A stretch of 64,000 nt of DNA from an uncultured virus (IMG/VR IMGVR_UViG_3300048861_000172) (IMGVR_UViG_3300048861_000172), one strand, 5' to 3'; positions 48,147 to 57,851 are shown, numbered from the stretch's first letter. The notes: generated by a model not told the origin, from the sequence alone. Numbers and translations: made by a program.

Positions 48147-49751
48147 TTAGAAGCGACGTCCACCCGGCCCGTAAGCCGGGGGCGGCGGATAACCACCTTG
48201 CTGATACCCACCCGGGGCACCCGGACCTCCTTGCGGTGCGGCCCAGCTCGGCTGATGGTGCTGCTGCATCGGCACAGCACCCGGCGGCAACGGCATACCC
48301 GGTGCTGCTTGATACGCCGCGGTGGCTACTGCCGGGTTGACTTGCTTGGCAGCATTGAAGTCCACCCGACCCCCGGCCGTTCTCACCTGGGCTGCGGGTG
48401 CACCTTGCTGATGATGCGGCGCGGGATAGGCACCCGGAGGCGGATACGCAGCGGGCGGCGGGTAGCTGCCATGCTGCGGATACGCTTGGTGTGGGGGCGG
48501 ATAGCCCGGCGTCGCATGCGGCTGATGATACGGCGTCGGCATGGGTGCTTGCGGCGGAGGGGCGCTCTGATGCTGATGCTGCGGGGTGAGCGGTGCTTGA
48601 CGGGCCGGCAGCTTAAAGCCCGGTGGCAAGACCGGCACTTCTTCGACCGGACTGGCTTCCGCTTCCGCTTCTTGGGCGGCGCGTTCTTCCTTCGCCGTCA
48701 CTGCCCCCTTGGCCGGCGCGGCCGCAGGCTTATGGTCCACGGCTTCGAGCGGTGTGCCGTCATTGCCGATGGTGGGCGGCACCATCTTGATTTCGTCACG
48801 ATACACGCTCGGGTCCGGATTGAACGCCTCCACCCACTCGCCCTTCATGCGAATCGCCTGATAGCTGTCGCCGAGCTTGTCCTCGAACAAGTCGCAGATC
48901 GCGTTCAGCGGATCGATGATGGCTTCGATCGATTGCATCAGCGCATGCATCGAAGGCGCCACCAGCGAATCACTCGCCCGGCTATAGGTCACTTCACCCA
49001 TGTCGCCGGACACTGCATACGCCTCGTTGAGTCCCGGCACCAGGTACTCGAAGAGACGGATGAAGGTCGTGCGTTCCTTGGCCGAGAGCTTCACGCCGTA
49101 GGTTTCGTTCTTGGGCGTGGGCAGCTCCTTCTTCTCGCCGTCCTTCTTGGCCTTGTCGCGTTGCGCGCCGCGCTCCTCCATCTTGCGCTCGCGCTCAAGC
49201 CCATCGACCACCAGCGCTTGATAGAGCGGCCAGGAGACCACGCTCACGCGCTTGTGCTTCTTGCCATGCAGCTCCGCGTTCTTCGCCAGATAGATCGAGG
49301 TGAACACGCGCTGGTTCTGGCCGAGCGGACAGGCTTCGATCAGTTTGGCAAGCGTCTCGATCATGTCCGGATGGGCATCCGGGATCAAGGTCAGGAACTT
49401 CGACTGCGGCGGCGTGAGCTTCTTGTGCATCTTCTCGCTGGTGGCGATCGTCAGCAACGAGACGGCCAACGCCATGAACGACAGGCTGATGCGCTCCCCG
49501 ATCATGCGACGAAAGTCGGCCAAGACGTCACTCTCGCCCTTGATCGCATTTTCATAGAGCGGATGGAAGATCACCGTCTTCTCGCCATTGAAGTTCCGCA
49601 GCTGCTCTTGCGTGGGCAGCGCCAAGCGCTTGCCCTTCACCAGCCAGGGTTCCTTCTCGCCGAAGCGATCGAGCGTGACAAAGCCATCTTGCCCCACGAC
49701 CGCCCCCGCGTCCGCAAGGAACTCGCGGTACAAATCCAACATCTTCATCAT
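48147..49751 (-). CDS. Conserved nucleus-block protein (phiKZ gp70-like) with a P/Q/Y/H/G-rich tail
   Basis: GKRLALPT and FHPLYEN...GES motifs; follows picA. Confidence 0.7.
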   Translation of the reverse strand: MMKMLDLYREFLADAGAVVGQDGFVTLDRFGEKEPWLVKGKRLALPTQEQLRNFNGEKTVIFHPLYENAIKGESDVLADFRRMIGERISLSFMALAVSLLTIATSEKMHKKLTPPQSKFLTLIPDAHPDMIETLAKLIEACPLGQNQRVFTSIYLAKNAELHGKKHKRVSVVSWPLYQALVVDGLERERKMEERGAQRDKAKKDGEKKELPTPKNETYGVKLSAKERTTFIRLFEYLVPGLNEAYAVSGDMGEVTYSRASDSLVAPSMHALMQSIEAIIDPLNAICDLFEDKLGDSYQAIRMKGEWVEAFNPDPSVYRDEIKMVPPTIGNDGTPLEAVDHKPAAAPAKGAVTAKEERAAQEAEAEASPVEEVPVLPPGFKLPARQAPLTPQHQHQSAPPPQAPMPTPYHQPHATPGYPPPHQAYPQHGSYPPPAAYPPPGAYPAPHHQQGAPAAQVRTAGGRVDFNAAKQVNPAVATAAYQAAPGMPLPPGAVPMQQHHQPSWAAPQGGPGAPGGYQQGGYPPPPAYGPGGRRF

Positions 49752-49781
49752 TACTCCTTTGTTATCGGTCTTAGTCGAAGC

Positions 49782-51311
49782 TTAGAAGCTCTTCGGCTTG
49801 TGGTATTGGACGGGCGTGGCACCGTCATTCTCATGATCGGGCAACACGGCTGTCATCAAGTTGTCAAACTGACCCGCCAAGGTATCCAGATGGTCTTGGT
49901 TGCCGGTGATCACCGGGCTGAACAGCGAATCGGCGAAGGTCGGGGCCACGAACTGTTCGATCGGCTGGCCTTCGATGGACAGCGTGAGCACAGTCTCACC
50001 GAAGAGGTCGACGCTGGCATCGATGGAATAGGTGAGCAGGTTGCGCTGGCTCATCTCCATGATCACATAGTCGATCAAGCGGCGCTCGAAGATCTCCAGA
50101 TACGGTCGCGGATCGACTTCCGTGAAAGTCAGGCACTTCGAGAAGGTAAACACCGGCATCCCGCCAATCGAGTGATTGTTGAGATTGAAGTTGATCCGGG
50201 TGATCAGCAGATCCGACATGATCGCCGGGATTGCTTGCGAGAGGATCGTCGCTTGCTGGGTGTTATAGTCGACGCCATTCCACGGTGCGGTGTCACCCGC
50301 ATTGTGCAAGCCACCAATCTTGGTGATGGCAGTCGACACCTTGTGCACACACGCTTGGGCCGCGCTCGGGGCAAGCTCCATCAGCTCGCTCCACGTGAAG
50401 GTATTGGTGATCGCACTCCCCCGCCGATCCGCAAACATCTTCAGGATCGTGTCGTTGGCGACCGCATTTTCCTTCGCATGGTTGCGCGCGGCCTGATACG
50501 GATTGGGCTGCTTGCCGCCGCCATGGTGCTCGTCGACCATGCCTTGGTTCATCGAGTTCAGGATCTTGCCCATGAATTCCGCGGCCACCGCATTGGAGCG
50601 ACGCGACTTCTGCACGCTGGCGCTTGCGGTCGAGCGACTATCGTAGAACTCCCCATAGCCCTTCACTTGTGCCACCTGCAAGCTGCCGAACACATCGGTC
50701 GGGCGCATGTAGTGCTGACGGATGCCGTCGCGATACATGTTGTTCGCATAACCGTCCTGGCCCGTGAAGGCGCTTTGACCAACCAGCACCTGACTGTTGT
50801 CTGCCATCGCCATGAACTGCTGCTGACCAAACACCCCCGTTTCAATCCGATGCCGGATCGTCGTCGTGTTATTGACGAAGAACACCAGGCGCGGGCTGAC
50901 CAGCAGCTGGCCGTTGCGGTCTTCAAAGCCATCGGGTTCGGTATAACCGGTGAGAATCTCGCGCATGGTGAGCCCACCGGTGTGCGTTTCATACTCGAAC
51001 TCGATCATGAAGCGCCCGTGACGGGTACGCCAGCCACCCGGCACATACACCGCTTGATTGCTTTCCGGATTCATCTGCGGCGTGACAAACGCATGGGCGT
51101 GGCCCGCAAAAGCACTGGCCCGATAATTCTGAGCGCCGTTCAGATACTCTTTAAAGACGTCCAGGTCGTCTTCGTTGAAGTTGGTCGTATACGGCCGACG
51201 GTATTGGTCATCATAGCTGCCGGTTTCGAAGAACACAAACCGGGTCACCCGAACGGGTCGATTCAGGGGACGCTGTTGACCAAAACTAAGTGTGGATAGT
51301 TCGTTCATCAA
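49782..51311 (-). CDS. picA: Phage-nucleus protein import factor PicA/Imp1 (phiKZ gp69-like)
   Basis: 509 aa; ETGSY...RPY, GW...RF, ILTGYT, PTFADSLFSP; directly downstream of the gp68-like gene. Confidence 0.75.
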   Translation of the reverse strand: MMNELSTLSFGQQRPLNRPVRVTRFVFFETGSYDDQYRRPYTTNFNEDDLDVFKEYLNGAQNYRASAFAGHAHAFVTPQMNPESNQAVYVPGGWRTRHGRFMIEFEYETHTGGLTMREILTGYTEPDGFEDRNGQLLVSPRLVFFVNNTTTIRHRIETGVFGQQQFMAMADNSQVLVGQSAFTGQDGYANNMYRDGIRQHYMRPTDVFGSLQVAQVKGYGEFYDSRSTASASVQKSRRSNAVAAEFMGKILNSMNQGMVDEHHGGGKQPNPYQAARNHAKENAVANDTILKMFADRRGSAITNTFTWSELMELAPSAAQACVHKVSTAITKIGGLHNAGDTAPWNGVDYNTQQATILSQAIPAIMSDLLITRINFNLNNHSIGGMPVFTFSKCLTFTEVDPRPYLEIFERRLIDYVIMEMSQRNLLTYSIDASVDLFGETVLTLSIEGQPIEQFVAPTFADSLFSPVITGNQDHLDTLAGQFDNLMTAVLPDHENDGATPVQYHKPKSF

Positions 51312-51319
51312 TTACTCCA

Positions 51320-52933
51320 TTAATAGCTGAAACCAGGGGCTAAGTCTTGAACCAGGTGCATGAAGTCCTGGTCCGGATCGGGCACGTCACGCGATGCGAT
51401 CTTGATCGCCAACACCGCCAAGATGTTTTTGATGTCCCCCGGCACTTGATAATGCCGTGTCGGGTTATTTGGCGAGATGTGCTTGATCTTCTCCAGCGGC
51501 AGGGTCAGCCGCCACGAGTGTTGATCGATCTTCTTCGTGAGAAACTCGATGGATGCTTGCATGACGTTACTCGTCTTGGCATCTTTTTGTTTCGAGTTGG
51601 TCCGATAGCGATACGGAAACAACTGATCCAACTGGGTGGTATTCTCCGTCCTCAGTCGGTTGTTGGTAATCCGCGGCACGCGCGTGATACGCCCATCTTG
51701 CGGTTCGACGCTTGCACTCACAAGCGCGGCGCACTCATAGCAGCCCATGTGCCAGAGTACCGCTTGCGCCACAGCCACGCACCCCACGAAGTCTTCCCGA
51801 TTCAGATACGGGAATGCTTGCGCCGGGATCACGTCGTCGAGCGTCCATTGCAACAACAACAGCTGCGCATCTTCCAGTTGCTCATGCACGAGCGGCTGGG
51901 TCGTGATGAGCGCTTCTTCGAGCAACCGCATGTCCATGTCAGGGGCCAAGCGGTGCGCAATCGGCACCACACGCTGCGCATCGTAGGTGAGGATCGCCAC
52001 ATCGCCTTCCGGAATGTCCTGACGGATCTTGTAATTTTCCAGACGCGAGTTCTTTTCCCCTTCGGGGCCATTGTCAAGCGGCTTATCCCGAATGTGATCC
52101 ATGAAGGTGGCGTCAATGCCTGAGGTATTCAGGTTATAGACGTAGTTCCAGATGCTCGAGGCGATGCTTGCCTTCGGGTCCGGATTCTGCAAACCACCGG
52201 TGGCCACCCGCCGCACCACCAAGATCCCCACCAACCACTCGTGGAAGTCTTCCATGCCGATACCTTCGAGCACAGCGGCGCGCTGCACCTTCTCGATCGG
52301 CAAACTGGAGACGGCCCACGTTCTCAGCTTACGCATGGGAATGCTTTGCCATAACGGCGAGCGATCCAGCAGCTGATAGGCAAAATACTCTTTCCACACG
52401 TTGCCATACGTGTTGGACGTATTGGCGATATACTCGCCCCAAATCGGCACCATCACCCGCAGACACAAAGCCATCGCGAGCAGCCACCTATAATCCTCAC
52501 GGAGATAGGTGCGCTCGGCGGTGCCCGGGTTGGTATGTGAATTTTCGAAACTCTCCTTAAAGGTCGATGGAATCTCGATCGTCGTCTTGAAACGAATCCA
52601 ATAGTCGATCTCTTCCAACGGATGCATCTCGAGCAGCTTAGCCACTTGCAGGGCCAGCTTGCGGTTTTTCGCTCGATGATCGTCGGCGCTACCCAACGTC
52701 TCCTTGATTGCGACGTACTGCTCGAAGATAGCGTCGAGCCGCTCGTCCGGCATTTCCGGGCGCGGTGCCCAGAATGCATTAATTTCCTGAAAGAGGTCGA
52801 ACTCCTCGACGTCCTTCTTGTTCTTGCCACGCTTGAACGTGGAATAACTCCAGTTGATCGACTGATCCCGGTGCGTGAGTGTGGCTTGCACCGTGGAGCT
52901 TCCTGCATCAACCCGATTAATGACCAGTTTCAC
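51320..52933 (-). CDS. nvRNAP promoter-specificity (sigma-like) subunit (phiKZ gp68-like)
   Basis: 537 aa; TYLREDY, MVPIWGEY, SRLENY; synteny. Confidence 0.75.
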   Translation of the reverse strand: MKLVINRVDAGSSTVQATLTHRDQSINWSYSTFKRGKNKKDVEEFDLFQEINAFWAPRPEMPDERLDAIFEQYVAIKETLGSADDHRAKNRKLALQVAKLLEMHPLEEIDYWIRFKTTIEIPSTFKESFENSHTNPGTAERTYLREDYRWLLAMALCLRVMVPIWGEYIANTSNTYGNVWKEYFAYQLLDRSPLWQSIPMRKLRTWAVSSLPIEKVQRAAVLEGIGMEDFHEWLVGILVVRRVATGGLQNPDPKASIASSIWNYVYNLNTSGIDATFMDHIRDKPLDNGPEGEKNSRLENYKIRQDIPEGDVAILTYDAQRVVPIAHRLAPDMDMRLLEEALITTQPLVHEQLEDAQLLLLQWTLDDVIPAQAFPYLNREDFVGCVAVAQAVLWHMGCYECAALVSASVEPQDGRITRVPRITNNRLRTENTTQLDQLFPYRYRTNSKQKDAKTSNVMQASIEFLTKKIDQHSWRLTLPLEKIKHISPNNPTRHYQVPGDIKNILAVLAIKIASRDVPDPDQDFMHLVQDLAPGFSY

Positions 52934-52970
52934 CCGATCCCCCTCATTTAAACGAAAGATTCAACCACCG

Positions 52971-53006
52971 TCTCACATGGGTGATATGTGACTGAATTTG
53001 TTTTCG
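52971..53006 (-). promoter_or_regulatory. Putative early promoter (CACATATCAC core)
   Basis: AAAACAAATTCAGT CACATATCAC CCATG TGAG. Confidence 0.65.
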
Positions 53007-53012
53007 TTTTAG

Positions 53013-53477
53013 TTACGCTGCTTCGTCTATCACAAGTCGGTGAGCAGCGTAGTGATGTAACCTACACAACCACACGACATCGAAAGGTTGATTGTAATCC
53101 GGATGATGCGCTTCCGGTTTTTGATCGCATTCGGGAATAGCACACACCGGCCAGGGAACAAGCCTGCCGTCTCGAATTGCATTATTCACAGCAACTGACG
53201 CTGCTTTACGCTTAGGATGCGTTTCTTCCCACTTACGCACCGAAGCATTGTGAGAGGCCTTGCCTGCTTCAGTCTGGATGTAACGTTTTTTGAGCGCCTT
53301 TCTTTCTGAAGTGACATCGCGTTCCCGATCGTACTCTTTGTAATGCTCAGAGTTCTTCTCGCGATTACTCCGTACTGTCTCCCGAACACAGTAGACGCAC
53401 TTGTTACGATCAGACTTGTAGAATTCGCTGGGAGGACGCTCCTCCCAGCAGAACCTACACTCTCTGTCCGGCTCGAT
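53013..53477 (-). CDS. Zinc-finger/HNH-like endonuclease ORF without a canonical start (ATC at 53477, frameshift-expressed, or pseudogene)
   Basis: Frame is open from the chmC stop: IEPDRECRFCWEERPPSEFY...KCVYC...VCAIPEC...EAHHPDY...WLCRLHH. The first standard start (GTG 53240) would remove the N-terminal zinc finger. Confidence 0.65.
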   Translation of the reverse strand: MEPDRECRFCWEERPPSEFYKSDRNKCVYCVRETVRSNREKNSEHYKEYDRERDVTSERKALKKRYIQTEAGKASHNASVRKWEETHPKRKAASVAVNNAIRDGRLVPWPVCAIPECDQKPEAHHPDYNQPFDVVWLCRLHHYAAHRLVIDEAA

Positions 53478-54217
53478 TAAAAAGGAATATCGTCGGTCGT
53501 GTCTTCATAACTGCCACCACCGCCTGCGTTACCGCCACCACCGCCACCGCCGTAGCTACGGCCACCACCACCGCCACCACCACGGTTGCCGCCACCGTAA
53601 CCGCCGCCTTCCTTCTTCTCAGCCTGATGGAACGGCTGCGTGGCGGCGATCACCTTGAGCATTTCGCCGACCGTGTCGAGGTAGCTCTTCACCCACATAC
53701 GCGAGGCTTCTTCGTCGGTAATCGGGTTGCCTTGCGCGTCGATCAGGATGTTGAAGATCGTGTTGCCGAATTCGAACTTGATGCGCGGGGACTCTTTGTT
53801 CCAGTGCACCACCGAAATCCACACCACCCCGTTCTGGTCCTTGCCGACCCACACCGTGCCTTCGAGCATCGGTTCGTCCGACGGCTTGCCGTCCTTCCAA
53901 CGCGTCTCCTTGCACTGGTAGCCTTCTTTCCAGTCCTTGGGCGTATTGGGGTCGATCGCCTTGATGAGCAACTGCAAGATCACGCCAAACGCGTGCATCG
54001 GCAGCTTAAGCGACACCCGGCCACCATGGCGTTGGCTTTGATCGTTCGGGTTGTTCGAATACACGTTCAGTCGTGCCATGTTCGAGAAGAACTGCACCTG
54101 GAGCGTGGCCCACTTGCCCTGTGCACCCGGCGACGGTGCAGAGAGCTTGAGTTTCGGATTGTCCAGCGGATTTTTGTCACGCTGAGGGATGTTGCCGCCG
54201 TTGTTACCGTAAGCCAT
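53477..54217 (-). CDS. chmC: Phage-nucleus RNA-binding protein ChmC (gp67-like)
   Basis: 246 aa; immediately upstream of the gp68-like gene; Gly/RGG-rich tail ending DDIPF. Confidence 0.7.
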   Translation of the reverse strand: MAYGNNGGNIPQRDKNPLDNPKLKLSAPSPGAQGKWATLQVQFFSNMARLNVYSNNPNDQSQRHGGRVSLKLPMHAFGVILQLLIKAIDPNTPKDWKEGYQCKETRWKDGKPSDEPMLEGTVWVGKDQNGVVWISVVHWNKESPRIKFEFGNTIFNILIDAQGNPITDEEASRMWVKSYLDTVGEMLKVIAATQPFHQAEKKEGGGYGGGNRGGGGGGGRSYGGGGGGGNAGGGGSYEDTTDDIPF

Positions 54218-54261
54218 GATAGCCTCTTATTGTACCCTGGGAAGGGATGATGATTAGGGGT

Positions 54262-54290
54262 CTACAGCATTGCTCGAGCCGATAAAATCT
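54262..54290 (-). promoter_or_regulatory. Putative middle-type phage promoter
   Basis: AGATTTTATCG-N13-TGTAG upstream of chmC. Confidence 0.5.
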
Positions 54291-54297
54291 CATCGGC

Positions 54298-55149
54298 TCA
54301 TGGAACGAGCATTGCACGTAGCTTTGCTTTGAAAAACGGATTCTTCAGTTGATCGATCCCGTAGCGGATCTTGTCCAGGGTTGTGGCTGCCGTCCACCGA
54401 TATTGCTTGGCGATTTCCAATAATTCTTCACGCTGCTTAATCGGGTACGGCCGGAAGGTTTCCTTATCGCCGAGCACCTGAAGCAAGTCTTCACGAAAAG
54501 GCATCATGAAGAGATCCTTGCCATTCAGGTACTTGGTGTACCATTGCGCCTTTTCCTTGATGTGGCCGGTGTGGCTCTCCACGAGCACCAGCTCATGGAA
54601 GGCTTTTTCCGAGCACAGATCGATCGGATAGTGGGTTAAGATCAACGCTTTGCACTTCGCCTCGGGTTTGAGCTTCACATCAAAACCCAAGATACGTTTG
54701 GCTTGCGTCTTTTTGTCATGGTCGACCAGCAACTTAAGCGTTTCCTTCAGGAGCATGGTGTACTCCTTCTGGCGCACGGTTGTGTCGTACCGGGTGGTGG
54801 CCTGCGGATACCGGCGATCCAGATCCGCAAACGTGCACAGGTAAAACCGCACCTTGCAACGTCCACTGGTTAGCTCTGCAACAATCGACTCGATCTGGGC
54901 CATTTCTTGATCGAGCGCTTCCGCACAGGGTCCAGGCATGAGTTGCGTGTCTTCCGCCTCACATGCGCCAACCAAGTTACGAAAGAGGGTGCGCAGATTG
55001 ACCCAGAACTCCTGATAGTCCAGAATCGGAGTTCGGTCATGTTTTAATTCGTCGTGGATATTGGCCGCGCTCTCCAGTGCCAAACTGGTCGCAATCGACA
55101 ACGGGTATTTGCCCAAGGCCCGGCCGGCCAAAATAGTGGAAGAGGACAT
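54298..55149 (-). CDS. Conserved hypothetical protein (gp66-like)
   Basis: 283 aa; SIATSLALE, NLRTLFRN, LVESHTG, WYTK; synteny. Confidence 0.65.
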   Translation of the reverse strand: MSSSTILAGRALGKYPLSIATSLALESAANIHDELKHDRTPILDYQEFWVNLRTLFRNLVGACEAEDTQLMPGPCAEALDQEMAQIESIVAELTSGRCKVRFYLCTFADLDRRYPQATTRYDTTVRQKEYTMLLKETLKLLVDHDKKTQAKRILGFDVKLKPEAKCKALILTHYPIDLCSEKAFHELVLVESHTGHIKEKAQWYTKYLNGKDLFMMPFREDLLQVLGDKETFRPYPIKQREELLEIAKQYRWTAATTLDKIRYGIDQLKNPFFKAKLRAMLVP

Positions 55150-56291
55150 CAGATCACCTCACGCAAAATCTCCTCAGCCGCGTCGATCACATTCGTGCCA
55201 TGGACGGTGGCTAAGCGAATGCGGCTCATCACCTGCTCTTCAATGTTCTCCCGGGTAATGGTAATTGGGGTAAAGCCCAGATCCCGCTCGGGTGTCGCCA
55301 CCGGCTCGTTCTCTGCGTCTTTTAAGACTTCCCCGTTGAGGGTGACTTTCTCCTTAGTCCAATTAAAGTCTGGGTAATACTGCCTGAGTGTGTTCAAGTT
55401 GCCGATGAGTGGGTGACCCAACTCAAGCTCCAAGCGCATGAACGAACCCGTGGGGTAAGTGGCTAAGGCCTCTCTCACCTCCACCAACGCCTCTTCGACC
55501 GACTGCCCGCCACAGCGGATCGTCTTAAAGATCTTGGCGCCTCTGTTCTCCACAAAGCGCATGGTGCTCTTGCCGTCTTTCACAACCGTACGGACATGCC
55601 CTTTGGCTTCTTCCTGACCATGGGTCAAGCGATCAAAGGAACCTTGGACAAAGATGCGGTCCTTGGTTTTGTACGTGTGATCGTGTCCAATCCAGATCCA
55701 GTGACGGACCAATTGGAGATATGCGTCCGAGTCATGCTTCGGTGCCGGAATATGCTCAGGCATCTGAAACTCGAACTGTCCATGCATGACGGCGTAATCG
55801 ACGTGGGTGAGTCCCCGGGCATCCATGAGACTGCGAATTTGGCTTAAGGTTTTTTCGGGCGGTCCCCACTCATCGGGTACGAACAGGAACCACTTATCGT
55901 AGTCCTGTTCGTACTCGATAGCGAGTTCTTTCACGTACTTGAGGTCGGCGCCAATTTTCGCAAACTCATTGATGGATGAAAACTGATTGGATTGCTTCCA
56001 GTCATGACTGGGCGTGCCTTCCAAGACACGCAACTTGATGCCGTGTTTAGCACACAGGCGCAACAAGTCAGCAATCCACTGCTCAGCTTCCATCACTGCT
56101 TCGTCGTTAAACTCGAGCAGGTCATCAAACACATCACCCGCTAAGATGATCATATCCAAGCGGGCGGTCTCTTCATTGTCAGGCAGCGCTCGGCGGAGAT
56201 TATCTACAATGTCCGCCGTCGGATTCTGTCGGTGCCCCAGATGAATATCGGAGAACACCGCGATCCGCAAATCAGAGTTCGTCGAAACCAT
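55149..56291 (-). CDS. SbcD/Mre11-like metallophosphoesterase nuclease
   Basis: SDIHLG, GDVFD, GTPSHD, HGQF, GHDH, GSFDR. Confidence 0.85.
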   Translation of the reverse strand: MVSTNSDLRIAVFSDIHLGHRQNPTADIVDNLRRALPDNEETARLDMIILAGDVFDDLLEFNDEAVMEAEQWIADLLRLCAKHGIKLRVLEGTPSHDWKQSNQFSSINEFAKIGADLKYVKELAIEYEQDYDKWFLFVPDEWGPPEKTLSQIRSLMDARGLTHVDYAVMHGQFEFQMPEHIPAPKHDSDAYLQLVRHWIWIGHDHTYKTKDRIFVQGSFDRLTHGQEEAKGHVRTVVKDGKSTMRFVENRGAKIFKTIRCGGQSVEEALVEVREALATYPTGSFMRLELELGHPLIGNLNTLRQYYPDFNWTKEKVTLNGEVLKDAENEPVATPERDLGFTPITITRENIEEQVMSRIRLATVHGTNVIDAAEEILREVI

Positions 56292-56889
56292 CGAATTCGA
56301 CCTTTTCCTCTTTAGGCTGAGTGGAACCCGTCACGTTCACCCCTTCGACTTCAATGAGTGGGCGACCATAACGTGCAAAGATTGCATTCCAGCGCCGCAC
56401 GTATTCCAGCGCATGACCTTGCTCGCGCATGCTGGCGTAGCGCGCAGCTAACTCCGTGCGCAGATAATTGAGCGACTGCGCCGGATGGACGTTGGCCAAG
56501 TTCTTGGCACTTTCCACCACGTTGGCAATCGACGACTGACCACGTTCGGACTGAAACGGCACGTGGTTCGAACGATCCGCCACCGGCGGCACAGTGAAGA
56601 GGACTTCGCCTTTGTCATTGACGATGTCGACTTCGTTATACATGCCGCCGCGGAACATGCCACCTGCGACATTCACCCAGTGATTGGTGGTCACCGGATA
56701 GGGCAACTTCTCGTCCCCGGCGAAAAACGGCAGGAACACGTTGACGAAACGGTATTCGTCCAACTGATAGCGGTCGGGCGGCACCTGACTGTATTCCGCC
56801 AGCGCTTGGTCGAAGTCACTGGCGACTTCTTTCAGCCGCTCGTGGCGCGCCGCTTCCATCTGGGCGGCGATTTCTTCTTTACTGGGCAT
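56272..56889 (-). CDS. Conserved hypothetical protein
   Basis: FLPFFAG, WVNVAG, LFTVPP, WNAIFARY; ATG 56889 with GGAG RBS. Confidence 0.65.
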   Translation of the reverse strand: MPSKEEIAAQMEAARHERLKEVASDFDQALAEYSQVPPDRYQLDEYRFVNVFLPFFAGDEKLPYPVTTNHWVNVAGGMFRGGMYNEVDIVNDKGEVLFTVPPVADRSNHVPFQSERGQSSIANVVESAKNLANVHPAQSLNYLRTELAARYASMREQGHALEYVRRWNAIFARYGRPLIEVEGVNVTGSTQPKEEKVEFDGFDEL

Positions 56890-57439
56890 GAGACTCTCCG
56901 GAAGCAAACTTGATGAGGGTCACGTAGGAGAAAAACGGATGGCGCACGCCAAGCGTGACCAACTGACGTTGCAACTCCAGCTGTGCCTCTGCATCTATAC
57001 TGATAAGCCGGGTGCGTGAAAAATCACCGGGACTTTCCAGAAACAGATCAACCAGATACGCCGGTTCCGTGCTCTTGGCCGATTCCAGCAAGGGCGGAGC
57101 TTCCGGGTCCCATGCCGGGCAACGCGGATTGGGTCGGGCGTAGAGCGCGTAGCAGTGCGGCATGTCAATCGCCCGCTCCGACAGACACACCGCCACGCCA
57201 CCGGAAAGCGCCTGCGGGGCCACCAGGATGTCTTCCGGGGTGATGTGCTCCGGGCGGATCTTGTGCAGTCGCTTGGCGGCGGCATCGGCCTGCGCCAACA
57301 CATGCAACATCGACTGCTGAATGTCACCCAGCGCATCGATTAACCACACCGGAGCTTTGCTGATTTCGCCTGCGAGTTTAAGGTGCTCGCTAAACACCCG
57401 CGCAATCATCTCTGCGCTATCCGGATCATGAATCGCCAT
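56879..57439 (-). CDS. Hypothetical protein
   Basis: 186 aa; overlaps both neighbours. Confidence 0.55.
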   Translation of the reverse strand: MAIHDPDSAEMIARVFSEHLKLAGEISKAPVWLIDALGDIQQSMLHVLAQADAAAKRLHKIRPEHITPEDILVAPQALSGGVAVCLSERAIDMPHCYALYARPNPRCPAWDPEAPPLLESAKSTEPAYLVDLFLESPGDFSRTRLISIDAEAQLELQRQLVTLGVRHPFFSYVTLIKFASGESHAQ

Positions 57440-57851
57440 TACCGTTATTGTTCAGGTTGATAATGTTGGTGATCTTCGAGTCAGCGATATTCACGAGTCG
57501 CGCCAACTGATACGTCACCCCTTGTTCGATCACTTCAATGCCCACCCGCAGCGTCACCTTGGTGCCAGGATTGGTGGTGCTATTGGCGTCACTCGAGACG
57601 TTCACCAGGCAGCTATCGTAGTAGCGACCAAAGTAACTCTCGAACATCGAGCGCATCTCGATGGTAAGCCGCGGAATGTCGTGGGCGTATTCCTGCACCA
57701 CGGCCGGAATCGACGTCAGCGCATCGGCGTAGAGGTTCGATTGCAGGTTATCCGTGGTAAACGCCCAGGATAAGAGATAATCAGCTTTTTCCCGCAATGC
57801 CGTCGTCCAGCCGGACGGACCGAGTACGGGTGCAGGGATAATGCCCGCCAT
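57426..57851 (-). CDS. Conserved hypothetical protein
   Basis: 141 aa; AGGAG RBS; PVLGPSGW and QSNLY motifs. Confidence 0.65.
   Translation of the reverse strand: MAGIIPAPVLGPSGWTTALREKADYLLSWAFTTDNLQSNLYADALTSIPAVVQEYAHDIPRLTIEMRSMFESYFGRYYDSCLVNVSSDANSTTNPGTKVTLRVGIEVIEQGVTYQLARLVNIADSKITNIINLNNNGNGDS

Noticed and set aside
48117..51299. 1060-aa plus-strand ORF
   Set aside because: Antisense shadow of picA and the gp70-like gene caused by GC-rich codon bias; R/H/V-rich with no motifs.
53186..53389. 67-aa ORF overlapping the HNH frame, suggesting a frameshifted pseudogene
   Set aside because: The zinc-finger motifs are in the same frame as the HNH part, so this ORF is incidental.
53477..54217. 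Calling this gene a canonical ssb
   Set aside because: Only the tail is SSB-like; the core lacks SSB motifs and the position matches chmC.
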